Below are positions 21,305 to 32,276 of a stretch of DNA of 64,000 nt, piece after piece; within the stretch, counting starts at the first letter, position 1, and each line of letters starts with the position of its first letter. The notes beneath the pieces were generated by a model, which saw only the letters and a list, made by a program, of their open reading frames with translations, was not told the DNA's origin and searched no databases. This stretch comes from Pelagomonas calceolata. Lineage: Eukaryota. Location of the stretch: contig CAKKNE010000001.1 in NCBI GenBank assembly GCA_918797485.1, positions 4,836,001 to 4,900,000 of the forward strand, given 5' to 3'. The translations under genes were made by a program, and so were the position numbers.

Positions 21305-24300
21305 ATGGCCGCGGCGCGTCGACCGTCGGCGACGGCGCCGGCCCGCCGCACGAAAACCAAGCTCTCCCTCGAGGATGCGCGGAAACACTTCCAAGCGCAG
21401 CTGCCCCACCGCATCGACGCGCCGAACCAGGCGCTCGGCTTCCGCAAGGCGCGGCAGGGCGAGGCCATCAGCGCCGAGACGGGCAAGGAGGCCGAGCTCT
21501 ACCCGCTCTGCTCGTCGACGATGCTCGAAGAGTTAGATAGTTTTGGCGTGGGCATCTCTTTGTATTTCCGACAGCTGTTGGCGCTCTTCGCCGTCGCGGC
21601 GCTCTGCGCGCTCATCCTCCTCACTTCTGGTTTGTACAACGCGAGTACGTGCGACTCGGACGAGATCAAGGACGGGTCCATCGACAAGGGCGGCCGCGAC
21701 TTAGACTATAGGCAGAGCGGCACGTCGACGGGCTCCGCGGCGGGCTGCTTAAGGAAGGACCTGTCCGTGGCGAGGAACGTCGCGCCGGACATCGCCGTCT
21801 GCGTCATCATGCTGCTCGCGGCCCTCATCGCCGACAAGATGCGGAGCCGCGCCAAGTCGCACGTCGACGAGAACGCGCAGACGGCGTCGGACTATACGAT
21901 TGTCATACGGAACCCGCCGCGGCACATTATTGATCCCGAGAATTACCGGAGCTTCTTCGAGGAGCACGTGAACGACGCCGTGGTCTGCGTCACCATTGCG
22001 AAAGATAATGGGTTACTGATGACGCTCATGGCGCAGCGCTTTGGGTTTAAACGAGACTTAGCCGAGTTCGCGAAGACCAATGTCGAAGAATTGGGTACGG
22101 TCGGGCGGTTGATTCAGCCCTTTGTCTATGGTATGGGCTTGCTGAAGACGCCGAAGTACGCCCAGGATAACCTAGAGAAAGTAGAAAAGCAACTCAAGGA
22201 GTACATCCAGGAGCATTCGAGGGTCACGGCGCCACCGACGACGGTCTTCGACCACCAGGGTCCCGACGGAACCTGGACGCCGTTTCGGGCCGAGGACTGC
22301 CTCCAAATAAAAAAGGCCATGGACAAGAACGACGACGGCGTCGTCAAACTGGACGGCGTCCCCTTCGAAGTACGTTGGGGCTCGAAGGCGACGTCGAAGA
22401 AGATGCCCACTCGCCCGGACACGGACATGATCCAGGTCAATATCAAGAACGACAACACGCGTATCGTAAGACACAGAGAGGAGCGCGTCTCGGAGTTCGA
22501 CTGGCACAAGCCCAGTAGGGTCTACGTGACCTTCGAGACGGAGGCGGGCATGGAGCACGCCCTCGAGACCTTCGAGACGTCGGGCTTTCGGAGGATGGTC
22601 TCGAAGTACTTGGGCTGGGAGAGCGAAAATACTCCTGAAGCGTTTGAAAATGTGGTATTGAATGTTTCGCGGCCCGTCGAGCCGTCGGAGATCCTGTGGC
22701 ACACGTCGCACGTGCGGCGGTCGGAGCGGTGGGTGCGTTTAACTGTATCTTTTGGATTGACGGCGGCGCTCGTCGTGGGTGTCTACTACGTCAGCATCAA
22801 CATCGACGACGCCAATAGTCTAGCGCTGTGGGTCACCTTCGTCAATAGCGCGTTACCGGTCTTCCTGAAGGCGATGCAGCTGATGGTCGAGGTCCATAGG
22901 GAATATGGCGACGACCAGGACTCCATGTTTTTGAAGCTACTTTTATCAAGATGGGCGAACACGGTGATCGCGGCATTTATTGCGTACGGTAGAAGGAGTC
23001 GGCTCTCGGCGACGGCGTTGTCCGGGGTCATGTCCATCTTGTTGATGGACGCTTTTCTGTTACCGGTACTGCGGGTTTTTGATGTGTACGACTTATTTAT
23101 GCGGTACGTTGTCGGGCCTAGACAACCCTCCCAACAGGACATGAACGCGCTCTGGTCGGGCGCGGACTGGAACATCGCCGAGCGGTATACCGATATTATG
23201 AAGACGTTGGGGGTGGGGCTGTTCTACGCCGCGGCGGTGCCCTACGGGTTGCTGGTGACGGCGGCGGCGCTACTCACGTCCTTCTTCGTGGACCACTACT
23301 GTCTGCTGCGGTTGTGGGCCTGGAAGCCGGACTTTGACGACCAGATTAGTAGGCGGGCCATCGGGTGCATCGCGTTACTGGTCTTCGTGCACGTGCTCGT
23401 GGCGCAGTACTTCTTCCAGAACTGGGGCGTGTACCCTACTGCTGCTATCGAGAATTATTGCTTTGACTTCACCGGGTCGTTCATGAGTAGAAAAGAAGCG
23501 CTCAGGGCCGGCGATTGTGACGCTACGACGATCTCGGCAGGGCATTGTCTGAGCAAGTTCCTGGTCTGCGCGCCGTCCAATGCTGAGGACAAACCCTGGG
23601 AGCGAACGTCGGCCCAGAAGTTGGCCCGCAGGGCGTACCCTATCATCGGCGGCTTCGCGCTGGCCATCGCAATCTGGCGCCTCGTCGGCATCGTGTTCAA
23701 GAGATGCCTGAAGGAGTTCATCTGGGGCACGCACAGCCACGACTACGACAAGCAGATGCCCGTCGGCTTCCGCGACTTGGGGGACGAGATGGCCATCAGC
23801 GCGTACGTGCCGACGGTCCCGCACCCCGTGCCCGGCGAACCCCCGCTGATCGCGGCCAACATCACGGGGCTGCCGGACGACTTCCTGCCGCTGCCGCCGG
23901 GCAAACCCAAGGAGTTTTACACCATCTGCAACAGAGGATACATGGGAGAGTCGCCGTTCGGAGCCGTCCGGGACCTCGCGCCCGCGCACATGCAGTCCGA
24001 CTTCCAGGGGCTCCTGAAGGATCTGCTGCACGACATCTTCGGCGAGGTCCAGTTCTGGGGGAAGGAAGGCACGACGACCGGCGCGGACCATGGTACGATG
24101 AGCGCCGCCGACGAGGCCGCCGCCTTAGGCGGCGGCGTCGACGCGACCGCGGCCGCGCCGTCGCCCCAGGGGGACGACGACGACTACGGCGGCTACGGCG
24201 GCATGGGCTGCGTGGACCCCGACGCGCCGACGCCGAAGCTGCCGACGCCCAAGGCGCCGTCGGTCTTTGCGCAGCCGCCGTTGCCGACGCCCAAGGCGCC

Positions 24301-24523
24301 GTCGGTGTTCGCGCAGCCGGCGCCGCCGGCGCCGCAGCCCGTCTCGTACGCGCGGCCCGCGGCGCCGCGGCCGGCCCAGCCGGCGATGCCGCTGCCCGCC
24401 GTGCCGCGGCCGCCGCCCGCGGCCCTGCCGCCGGGCTGGCAGCGCATGCTCACGGCCGACGGCCGCGAGTACTTCGTCGACCACAACACGCAAACGACGT
24501 CCTGGACGCGGCCGACTTTTTGA
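21305..24523 (+). CDS. OSCA/TMEM63 (CSC1)-like multi-pass channel with inserted WWE-like domain and C-terminal WW domain
   Basis: GVGISLYF, TASDYTIVIRNPP, VYVTFET, PVEPSEILW, many TM segments; WW domain LPPGWQRMLTADGREYFVDHNTQTTSWTRP. Confidence 0.8.
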   Translation: MAAARRPSATAPARRTKTKLSLEDARKHFQAQLPHRIDAPNQALGFRKARQGEAISAETGKEAELYPLCSSTMLEELDSFGVGISLYFRQLLALFAVAALCALILLTSGLYNASTCDSDEIKDGSIDKGGRDLDYRQSGTSTGSAAGCLRKDLSVARNVAPDIAVCVIMLLAALIADKMRSRAKSHVDENAQTASDYTIVIRNPPRHIIDPENYRSFFEEHVNDAVVCVTIAKDNGLLMTLMAQRFGFKRDLAEFAKTNVEELGTVGRLIQPFVYGMGLLKTPKYAQDNLEKVEKQLKEYIQEHSRVTAPPTTVFDHQGPDGTWTPFRAEDCLQIKKAMDKNDDGVVKLDGVPFEVRWGSKATSKKMPTRPDTDMIQVNIKNDNTRIVRHREERVSEFDWHKPSRVYVTFETEAGMEHALETFETSGFRRMVSKYLGWESENTPEAFENVVLNVSRPVEPSEILWHTSHVRRSERWVRLTVSFGLTAALVVGVYYVSINIDDANSLALWVTFVNSALPVFLKAMQLMVEVHREYGDDQDSMFLKLLLSRWANTVIAAFIAYGRRSRLSATALSGVMSILLMDAFLLPVLRVFDVYDLFMRYVVGPRQPSQQDMNALWSGADWNIAERYTDIMKTLGVGLFYAAAVPYGLLVTAAALLTSFFVDHYCLLRLWAWKPDFDDQISRRAIGCIALLVFVHVLVAQYFFQNWGVYPTAAIENYCFDFTGSFMSRKEALRAGDCDATTISAGHCLSKFLVCAPSNAEDKPWERTSAQKLARRAYPIIGGFALAIAIWRLVGIVFKRCLKEFIWGTHSHDYDKQMPVGFRDLGDEMAISAYVPTVPHPVPGEPPLIAANITGLPDDFLPLPPGKPKEFYTICNRGYMGESPFGAVRDLAPAHMQSDFQGLLKDLLHDIFGEVQFWGKEGTTTGADHGTMSAADEAAALGGGVDATAAAPSPQGDDDDYGGYGGMGCVDPDAPTPKLPTPKAPSVFAQPPLPTPKAPSVFAQPAPPAPQPVSYARPAAPRPAQPAMPLPAVPRPPPAALPPGWQRMLTADGREYFVDHNTQTTSWTRPTF

Positions 24524-24930
24524 TTCCCTTTTCGTCCCCTCTCTCCCGTGGATAAATCGTTTTCTTGGACACCTCGGCGTTTCACGCGGTTCCAGTGTTG
24601 GCCTACCGCTAAGGTTCTTTGTAACGGGGGCTCCAGGATCGGTGCAGGGAGCCGTGTCTGGCGTCTCGAGGGGTACGACCGGGCTGAATGCGTGTGTCGG
24701 ACAGCGTGCCATTTCCCGACATCGAGATACATCGTCGAGGCGACTGCCGAAGGCAAATTGGTGCCTGCAATCGCGCTGCGGCGACGAACGCAACACGACA
24801 GGCACACAAAATTCCACCAGTAGTTTCGCGCATAGCCGCTGCGTTGCGCGCCGCGGCTTTGCGCGTCCACAAGGCGCTGTCATCAGAGGCCCCTCTGATA
24901 AATTTTCAGCCAAGCCCACCGCGGCGCGCC

Positions 24931-25935
24931 ATGACCGCGTCGCCGCCACCAGCGCACCGCGCCCCGACGGGCCCGGCGCCGGCCGCGGCCCAGGACCGCA
25001 GCCAGCAGCGCAAGCAGCTCCTCGACCTCGCCGCGGAGCACGCGAAGTTGCTGAGCGTGCTCATCGCCGACTGGGCCGGCGACGCGGGGGCGGCGGCGAC
25101 GCCCCGGGACGATGGCCCGGCGGTCCGGTTGCCGCCGATTGAAACCAGGCGCCCGGCGCCCGTCGACACCGGCCGCCACGCCCACGCGGACCTCGCCACG
25201 CCCCTCCCGGACCTCACGCCCATCGCGACGCCGCGCGTCGACGACGCGGCGGCGGGCCCGGTGTCGCTCTGGAGCCGCCGCAAGCCGCTCCCGGCGCAAG
25301 TCAAAGCGACGCCCGCGCGCCCGAAGACGCCGCCGCGGCCCAAGAAGTCGCCGCGGCCCAAGTACTCCCCCCTCGAGCCCAAGCCGGCGCGGCCCGCCGC
25401 GGTCCCGGCGCCGCGCGACGCGGTCCGGCGGCGCCTGCGCGCTGACGTCGCGGCGCGGCTCCGTGCGTCGCGCGCGTCGTCCTCCGACCTCCGGGTCGTC
25501 GAGCTCGCCGGCGACGACGAGCCGCTGACGTCGCCACTCGTCCTGCGGCCGGGCCCGCCCGCGGCGTTCGCCGAGCGGTCGGCGCTCGTGACGCCCGCGC
25601 CCGCGGACGAGGGCCCGCCCACGCCCGCTGCGACCGTCGTGACGCCGCCGTCGAGCGTCGACGCGGAAGGCTGGGACCCGCCGACGCCGGAAATCCCGCC
25701 GCGGACGGCGCTCGTCGCGCCCATGCCCCTGGCGACGAAGCAGACGGCCCTCGTCGCGCCCGCGCCCCTCGTCGCCCACCCCGCCGTGGTGGCGCCGGCG
25801 CCCTTCGTGCGCGCGAAGCCCACGGCCCTGGTCGCGCCGGCGCCCGAACCGTCCGGCTCCGGCCACTACCGGTCCGGCTCGGGGTCCTTCCCGACGAAGA
25901 TGGGCGTGGGGCGGCGTCGCTGCGCGACCGCGTGA
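24931..25935 (+). CDS. Proline/alanine-rich hypothetical protein
   Basis: Long frame after ATG 24931 with repeated (T)ALVAPAP motifs; frame choice less certain in very GC-rich DNA. Confidence 0.5.
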   Translation: MTASPPPAHRAPTGPAPAAAQDRSQQRKQLLDLAAEHAKLLSVLIADWAGDAGAAATPRDDGPAVRLPPIETRRPAPVDTGRHAHADLATPLPDLTPIATPRVDDAAAGPVSLWSRRKPLPAQVKATPARPKTPPRPKKSPRPKYSPLEPKPARPAAVPAPRDAVRRRLRADVAARLRASRASSSDLRVVELAGDDEPLTSPLVLRPGPPAAFAERSALVTPAPADEGPPTPAATVVTPPSSVDAEGWDPPTPEIPPRTALVAPMPLATKQTALVAPAPLVAHPAVVAPAPFVRAKPTALVAPAPEPSGSGHYRSGSGSFPTKMGVGRRRCATA

Positions 25936-26266
25936 CGCGTCTTCCCTCCTGTGCCCCCTTAATGTAACGTTCTTCGTAAAGGCATCAGACTGGGGTTGTA
26001 GATGATGTTTCCGTGGGGGAGAAGTGCCGGCATTATCACGGGTGGGTTCGGGTTTTGCGGTTTTGCCGGCTCGATCGAAACTTTTGCATTAACGCTGCAC
26101 TGCGGGCCTCTGTCGCACGAACCGGTTAGCGCACGGCTGCAAGGACACTTCAGGGAAGGCCTTGCGCAAAAATCGGAGCTCGAAACGCCTCACCTGGTGC
26201 CAAATACAAATTAGAGCTCGGCAGCCCATTACAAAAAAAAACGCCTTCAAAGGCAACGAAGCAACC

Positions 26267-27346
26267 ATGGCCACGATGGAGACGACCGACGCACCCCAGA
26301 TGATCGAGCACAAGAACGTGTCCCTGACGTACACGCCCTACGAGACGCGCTGGGTGCCGTGCTCGGCGCGTTTCGTCTGTTGCGGGATCACGCCGAAGGC
26401 CAAGGGCAAGCTCGAGGTTTATGAACTCAAGCAGGGCAAGCTGGAGGTCGTTGCCGAGAAGATCCACGGGAGCGGGTTCAAGTGCGGCACCTTCGGCGCT
26501 TCGTCTTTATCCGAGAGGTCTATAGCGACGGGCGACTACAAGGGCGGTTTGAACATTTTTGATCTGGAGCGACTCGACGTGCCAACCTTCAGCATTCCGA
26601 CGGCCCACTCCCAGATCATTAATGGGATTGACGGCGTTGGTGGATTAGGTATTGGCGGCGGCGCGCCCGAGCTCGTGACCGGCTCGCGAGACGGATGTGT
26701 TAGAGTCTGGGATCCTAGGGTGAAGGAATCTGTCGTTTCGTTAGAACCGGTCGAGGGCCAACCAGTGAGGGACTGCTGGACGGTCGCCTTCGGCAACAGT
26801 GTTGGAGACGAGCGGTGTATCGCAGCCGGCTACGACAACGGCGACGTCAAGCTCTTTGACCTGCGGACGAACTCCATGCGCTGGGAGACGAACGCCTCGA
26901 ACGGCGTGACCTGCGTCGAGTTCGACCGCAAGGACGTGGAGATGAACAAGCTCGCGGTGTGCACGCTCGAGTCGCGGTTCCGCATCTTCGACGTGCGGAC
27001 GCAGCACGCGGAAGAGGGCTTCGCTCATGTCGCCGAAAAAGCCCATAAAGCCACCGTCTGGCTCGCTAGGTTCCTACCACAAAACAGAGATGTGTGGATG
27101 ACCGGGGGCGGCAACGGCGGCTTCAACCTCTACACGTACCACTACCCGCCGAAGCGCCAGATGCAGCACAAGGACGACTCGCCCTGCGGCGTGCCGGGCA
27201 CGGTCGAGCTGCTGAATTCCCGGGTCATTTCCACGCAGCCGATCGTGTCCTTCGACTGGTCGCCGGACAAGGAGGGATTGGCCTGCCTCGCGTGCCTCGA
27301 CCAGACGCTCCGCGTGTACATCTGCACGAAGCTCGAGAAGTACTGA
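26267..27346 (+). CDS. WDR92: WD40 protein WDR92 / dynein axonemal assembly factor 10
   Basis: FKCGTFGASSL, TGSRDGCVRVWDPR, RDCWTVAFGN, AGYDNGDVKLFDLR, EFDRKDVEMNKL, DWSPDKEGL. Confidence 0.93.
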   Translation: MATMETTDAPQMIEHKNVSLTYTPYETRWVPCSARFVCCGITPKAKGKLEVYELKQGKLEVVAEKIHGSGFKCGTFGASSLSERSIATGDYKGGLNIFDLERLDVPTFSIPTAHSQIINGIDGVGGLGIGGGAPELVTGSRDGCVRVWDPRVKESVVSLEPVEGQPVRDCWTVAFGNSVGDERCIAAGYDNGDVKLFDLRTNSMRWETNASNGVTCVEFDRKDVEMNKLAVCTLESRFRIFDVRTQHAEEGFAHVAEKAHKATVWLARFLPQNRDVWMTGGGNGGFNLYTYHYPPKRQMQHKDDSPCGVPGTVELLNSRVISTQPIVSFDWSPDKEGLACLACLDQTLRVYICTKLEKY

Positions 27347-27648
27347 GTGCGCGGTGTTTCCTAAAATTTTGCATTTACTTCTTGTCTCGCGGACGCGCGG
27401 GCCGTCGACCTCGGCGTTTTCTGGCCCCGGCCTCGGGAGGCGTCGGCCGCCGTGCATATGCATCGGTCCAGGGAGCTTTTCTGAGCCGCCCCCAAGCGCC
27501 GAAGGCTAGTGGCGTCGTCGACGAGGTGCGAGGGCAGGGCAATCACCACGACATTCGGCGCAGTACGCGAGTTACGTGAGCACCCACGCCACAGTACTGC
27601 TCGAGATATCTGCATCAATTTGGGCTGTGACGTAGAGCTCTTACCGTA

Positions 27649-28305
27649 ATGATGGTGAGCACTACAGCCCATGCCCTCGGCTGCTTGGCATTAGCCGCCG
27701 TAGCCGCTGCGTACACCCTCCCGTCAACAAAAATCAATGCGCCGCGCTGGCGACGAACGGCGCGCCGCGCCGTCGACCTGAGCCCGTTCGAGGAGGAGGT
27801 CATCCGTAGCGCGGACGACCAGTACCCGCTGACGCTCGATAATGTTGAGATGATTTTAGACGAGCTGCGGCCATACCTGATGAGCGACGGCGGTAACGTC
27901 CGCGTGTCGGGCATCGAGGGTCCGGTTGTACGCCTGCAGCTCGAGGGCGCCTGCGGCGACTGCCCGTCGTCGACGATGACGATGAAGATGGGCTTGGAGA
28001 GGCGTCTCAAGGAGGCCATTCCCGAGATCTCCGAGGTCGTCCAGGTGCTGCCCGACGCTCCCGATATTACGGAGGAAGCTGTAGATGAGGTGCTCGACGG
28101 CGTGCGGCCGTTCCTGTCGGTCGCGGGCGGGTCCATCGATTTGGTGAGCGTCTCGGGCTCGGGCGGCATCCAGCCGACCGTCGTGCTCAAGCTCGAGGGC
28201 AAATCCGCGTCCTTGTTTTCGGTGAAGAACGAGATCTCGCAGCGCATCCACCGCCACTTCATGGCCTCGGGCTTACGCGTAGAATGGGACGGGGACAACA
28301 ACTAA
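27649..28305 (+). CDS. NFU: Plastid NFU-type Fe-S cluster protein (two NifU-C domains)
   Basis: LDELRPYLMSDGGNV, GACGDCPSSTMTMKMGLERRL; second domain lacks the CxxC; bipartite presequence. Confidence 0.9.
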   Translation: MMVSTTAHALGCLALAAVAAAYTLPSTKINAPRWRRTARRAVDLSPFEEEVIRSADDQYPLTLDNVEMILDELRPYLMSDGGNVRVSGIEGPVVRLQLEGACGDCPSSTMTMKMGLERRLKEAIPEISEVVQVLPDAPDITEEAVDEVLDGVRPFLSVAGGSIDLVSVSGSGGIQPTVVLKLEGKSASLFSVKNEISQRIHRHFMASGLRVEWDGDNN

Positions 28306-28529
28306 TTGTACTTTTAAAAATACGAGGGCGGGGGCGGGGCGGGCGTTCGGTCACGCAGACCCCGCGGCATCCCGCGGCGGCAGATGCGGCGGCCGGGTGG
28401 CTAGGCGGCCTAGCTCTAGATTAGCTCTAGATAAGCAAAGCAAAAATACCCACCTCGACGCCATCGCCGCGGCGGCGCTACACACAGAGCTAGATCATAA
28501 CTTTACACACTCCCCGAACGCAGAAAGAA

Positions 28530-29780
28530 CTACATCTGCGCCGAGAAGACCGCGTTGTGCCGCGCCACCCTTGGACCCTCCTCCTCGTACTGCGCCCGCG
28601 TGTGGCAGACGCGGAAGAACTCGCCCGTCGACGAGAGCATACTTCCACCAAACCAGACCGCGAAGCGCTGCATCTGGTGGCTGATGACCGAGACGTCGAT
28701 CTTTTGCGGTTGGGCCTGCTTGCCCAGCGAGCCTAATCTCTTCACGTTCGCATCTAATCTAGCGTCGACGCGCTTCTTGACGTCCCTTTGGAGTCGACGG
28801 CCGAAGTCCTTGAACATCGTCGACCCGCCACTGAGGACGATGTTCTTGTACAAGCCTCTTCTCGTGTCGATGGGGCACTTGACGATCGATTCATCCACCA
28901 CATCAGGCAAAGGCGTCAAGAAATCGGAGGAAAAGATCTCGGGGTTGAAGAAGATCTCCGGACCTAAGAACCGTTCGTACCCGACGTCCGCGACCCACGG
29001 CTGCTTCGTGCGCTTATGTTGCCCTTCGTAGGTCCTGAAATATTTGGCGGGGTCGCTGTCGTACTTCGCGAACTCCTTGGCCAGGTCGGGGCACACGTAC
29101 GAGTGCATTTCTTTGATGCGCTTCGCTACTTCTAGGGCGTCCTCCGCGGGCACCGGTTCTCCCCGTTCCCTCAATAATCTATGCACAAAGGCCGTAATAT
29201 CTCGACCAGCTAGCGGGATGTGCTTGATGCAACTCCCAATCACGTAGCCCTCCGCGACCGGGATGACATGGGTCACACCATCACCCGAGTCAATGACCGT
29301 ACCAGTTAATGTTCGCTCCTTGACGTTCTTCGACGTCCACGAAGCAGCTAAAGCCAACACCGCTTGCACGGCGATGTATAAGCCAGGTACATTAAACGTC
29401 TCGAACATGATCTCCGCGGTGAGCTCCCTATTTTCGGGCGTGTTTAAGGGCGGTTCCGTGAGTAAGACATGGTGTTCTTCCGGCTCACACCGCAAATATT
29501 TGAACAGGCATCTTTGCCACAAACGCTCCATATTGTCCCAATTCTCGATGAGCCCATGTCTTATCGGGTAGTTCACTTGGTGCGTCGTCGCGTGGGCTAA
29601 CGCTTCGTTGCCAATATAAAAGTCCAGATCGTCCACACCATCCACGGTAGCCTCCTGGCCGCCTTTCAGGGCTCGGGACGCTACTACGGTCGGCACGATG
29701 TACTGGGGCTCACAGTTCCCCGCATAACCCATCTTCGTGTAGCCCGTGCCATTGTCAATGACGACGGACGGTTTTTGCAT
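28530..29780 (-). CDS. ARP3: Actin-related protein 3
   Basis: [59 protein letters not shown]. Confidence 0.97.
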   Translation of the reverse strand: MQKPSVVIDNGTGYTKMGYAGNCEPQYIVPTVVASRALKGGQEATVDGVDDLDFYIGNEALAHATTHQVNYPIRHGLIENWDNMERLWQRCLFKYLRCEPEEHHVLLTEPPLNTPENRELTAEIMFETFNVPGLYIAVQAVLALAASWTSKNVKERTLTGTVIDSGDGVTHVIPVAEGYVIGSCIKHIPLAGRDITAFVHRLLRERGEPVPAEDALEVAKRIKEMHSYVCPDLAKEFAKYDSDPAKYFRTYEGQHKRTKQPWVADVGYERFLGPEIFFNPEIFSSDFLTPLPDVVDESIVKCPIDTRRGLYKNIVLSGGSTMFKDFGRRLQRDVKKRVDARLDANVKRLGSLGKQAQPQKIDVSVISHQMQRFAVWFGGSMLSSTGEFFRVCHTRAQYEEEGPRVARHNAVFSAQM

Positions 29781-30190
29781 TTTTATGGCGCGCGCACGCG
29801 CTCGGCGGCGTCGCGCCGCTTTTGCCGGGAGAGCGTGCTTCTAAAGCCGTGCGCAAGGGAGCGAGTTTCGCGGCCTCAGGACGGTTTCACAGCGCGAGCG
29901 ATCGTGTTTTCAGCGTATTGCTGCGGTCGCTGCACGCGCGGCAGAGATGCGCGCGCAGGCAATTGCTTTGGGCCTGGAGGAATTTTAATTAATAGCTAAA
30001 AAATAGGCCGCGCCGCTATTAGTCCGCGCACCCACGTTGTCGCGTGATCACAGATCGTCTCGCATCAATTCATCGATAATCTGTCGCCGCCTTTGCACGA
30101 AACCGGCGCGCACCGCCCAAACAAACACCTCCAGGGTCAGCTAGTCGCAGCGTGCTGAGCGCCGCGACGCGCCAAAGAACACCAGCAGCC

Positions 30191-30646
30191 ATGGCCATCA
30201 AGTTCGTCCTCATGGTCAACAAGCAGGGCCAGACGCGCCTGTCCACCTACTACGAGTGGCTGTCCATGCCCGAGCGCGTCGCGCTCGAGGCCGAGATCAT
30301 CCGCACCTGTTTGTCTAGATCGGAATTCCAGTGCTCCTTTGTTGAATATAGGGGCTACAAAGTAGTATACAGACGGTACGCGTCCTTGTTCTTCATTGTG
30401 GGCGTCGACCAGGACGGCGAGAACGAGCTCGGTATTTTAGAGTTCATCCACGCCTTGGTCGAGACGCTGGACAAGTACTTCGAGAGCGTCTGCGAGCTCG
30501 ACATCATGTTCAACCTGGAAAAGGCCCACTTCATCCTCGACGAGATGGTCGTCGACGGCTGCGTCGTCGAGACGAACAAAGTGAACATCCTCAAGCCCAT
30601 CGCGCTCATGGAGAAGGCCTCGGAGGAGAAGTTGTTTGCGCGATAA
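30191..30646 (+). CDS. AP4S1: Adaptor complex AP-4 sigma subunit
   Basis: [43 protein letters not shown]. Confidence 0.9.
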   Translation: MAIKFVLMVNKQGQTRLSTYYEWLSMPERVALEAEIIRTCLSRSEFQCSFVEYRGYKVVYRRYASLFFIVGVDQDGENELGILEFIHALVETLDKYFESVCELDIMFNLEKAHFILDEMVVDGCVVETNKVNILKPIALMEKASEEKLFAR

Positions 30647-30692
30647 CTCGTGTGTTAATTATCCTTAGATTTAGGGAAATCCTACCCCACTA

Positions 30693-31703
30693 CTACTGCC
30701 CGCCGCGCGCCGCCGCCGCGACGCGGTTCGAGGCCATGACGGCCTTGATGCCTCCTTTCAACTTCCTACGGGCGTTCCACTTCTTCATGTTGTCGATCGT
30801 CTTCGACAGGTCCGTAGTAGACAGCTCGGTCGCGTGCTTCGTGAACCAGTCGTGGTTCATGGCCGCGGCTGCGGAAGGTCTTTTGGAAGGGTCCACTTGT
30901 AATAAAGACTTGATGAACAGTTGGGCCTCCGAACTGACGGAGGACCAGTACCTCTCGTCGAAGGTAAACGCGCCTCTCTTAATCTGGGCGTACATGTCCG
31001 ACACGCCGTTCGCGTCGTCGAAGGGCGGATAACCTCCCAACAGTATGAACACGATGACGCCGCAGGACCACATGTCCACCTCGAGCCCATAAGGTTTTTC
31101 TCTTATGATCTCCGGAGCGACATAAGCAGGGGTACCACAGAGATCCCTGAGGGGTTTTTTACATTCGGTCGCGAAGCCAAAATCCGCTAACTTGATGTCG
31201 TGGTCGTTATGGGTGCTCTTGAGGAGTAAGTTCTCCGGTTTTAAGTCGCGGTGGGCTATTTTCTTGCCGTGGATGTGGTGCAAGACGTCTAGCAGGACCC
31301 AGACTAAATCCCGAGCCTCTTTCTCGGAATAGTAGACGCGCTGTACTATTCTGTCAAATAATTCGCCACCCGCGACCACTTCCAACACGATATAATAATG
31401 AGAACGATCCTGCGTAAAGTCAAAGTACTTGACGACGTGCGGGTGCCTCAGCTTCGAGAGAATACCGACCTCGACGTGGAGGGCGTCGATGTCTTGCTTC
31501 GACAACTTGGACTTATGGACGACTTTGACCGCAAATTTGTCCTTGTTCTTGCGGTTGATGCCGAGTCGTACCGTCGAGAAAGCACCATGCCCTAATTCCT
31601 TGTCTAGTTGCAAGTCCTCGAAGCACGTGTAGCGGTGGCTGTCCGCATAAGGACCGTGGTCGCCCTCGAAGCAGGCGAAGCAGCTCGAGGCCTCGGCGCC
31701 CAT
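30693..31703 (-). CDS. Ca2+/calmodulin-dependent-family Ser/Thr kinase
   Basis: LGHGAFS, GGELFDRI, HRDLKPEN, DFG, CGTPAYVAPE; CaM-binding-like WNARRKLKGGI. Confidence 0.93.
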   Translation of the reverse strand: MGAEASSCFACFEGDHGPYADSHRYTCFEDLQLDKELGHGAFSTVRLGINRKNKDKFAVKVVHKSKLSKQDIDALHVEVGILSKLRHPHVVKYFDFTQDRSHYYIVLEVVAGGELFDRIVQRVYYSEKEARDLVWVLLDVLHHIHGKKIAHRDLKPENLLLKSTHNDHDIKLADFGFATECKKPLRDLCGTPAYVAPEIIREKPYGLEVDMWSCGVIVFILLGGYPPFDDANGVSDMYAQIKRGAFTFDERYWSSVSSEAQLFIKSLLQVDPSKRPSAAAAMNHDWFTKHATELSTTDLSKTIDNMKKWNARRKLKGGIKAVMASNRVAAAARGGQ

Positions 31704-31931
31704 GGTTCGTGGGACTGCTGCGCGTCGATGGCGCGCGGCGGCGGTCTTTTGGCTGGTCTGCTGTTTCTAAGGCAGCAGGGTATTTATTGCTCAGGCGCGG
31801 TTGCGCGCACGCTCTCGTGCAAGCTCGCTGGTCACGGCTACTGGGAGGCAACCACAAGCTCCAGTTGACGCGTACCGTGCGTCTACCGCGAGTAATCCAG
31901 GCGAGGAGATGCCTCTGCTGTTTTTGCTTGG

Positions 31932-31953
31932 CTAGTGTCTTTCAGGCCGCTAG
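31932..31953. promoter_or_regulatory. CTAGTG-N10-CGCTAG motif
   Basis: CTAGTGTCTTTCAGGCCGCTAG between divergent genes. Confidence 0.55.
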
Positions 31954-32276
31954 TCCGGAGCACAGTAGTCTCCGAGGGATCTGTGTTTTGACCACCGGAC
32001 GGCTCGCTTCCATCTCGCAAGGGACACGCTCTCTATAGCGCGGCATCTCGCAGCGCGAGGGCCAGGTTAAAAGCAACGCCTCGCCCCACGCTCCACCGGC
32101 AGCCCCTGCGACGCGGCCCCTGGACTTTCCACCGGAGCCCGTTTGCCGTCGAGTTTCTTTCGCCCGTCGCCCCGACGCGCGCGGCAGCCCCACAGGGGAA
32201 GAGAGGCGCTAGGCAGCCTCTCTCACACGCGACGCCTCGGCGGCGCCCCGTCTGAGCAAAGCCCGCGGGACGAAAA

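Noticed and set aside
28400..28500. Possible tenth introner downstream of ARP3 (CGCCATCGCCGCG..ACACACAG, AGCTCTAGAT duplication)
   Set aside because: No matching second TIR or clear TSD; noted only as a possible relic.
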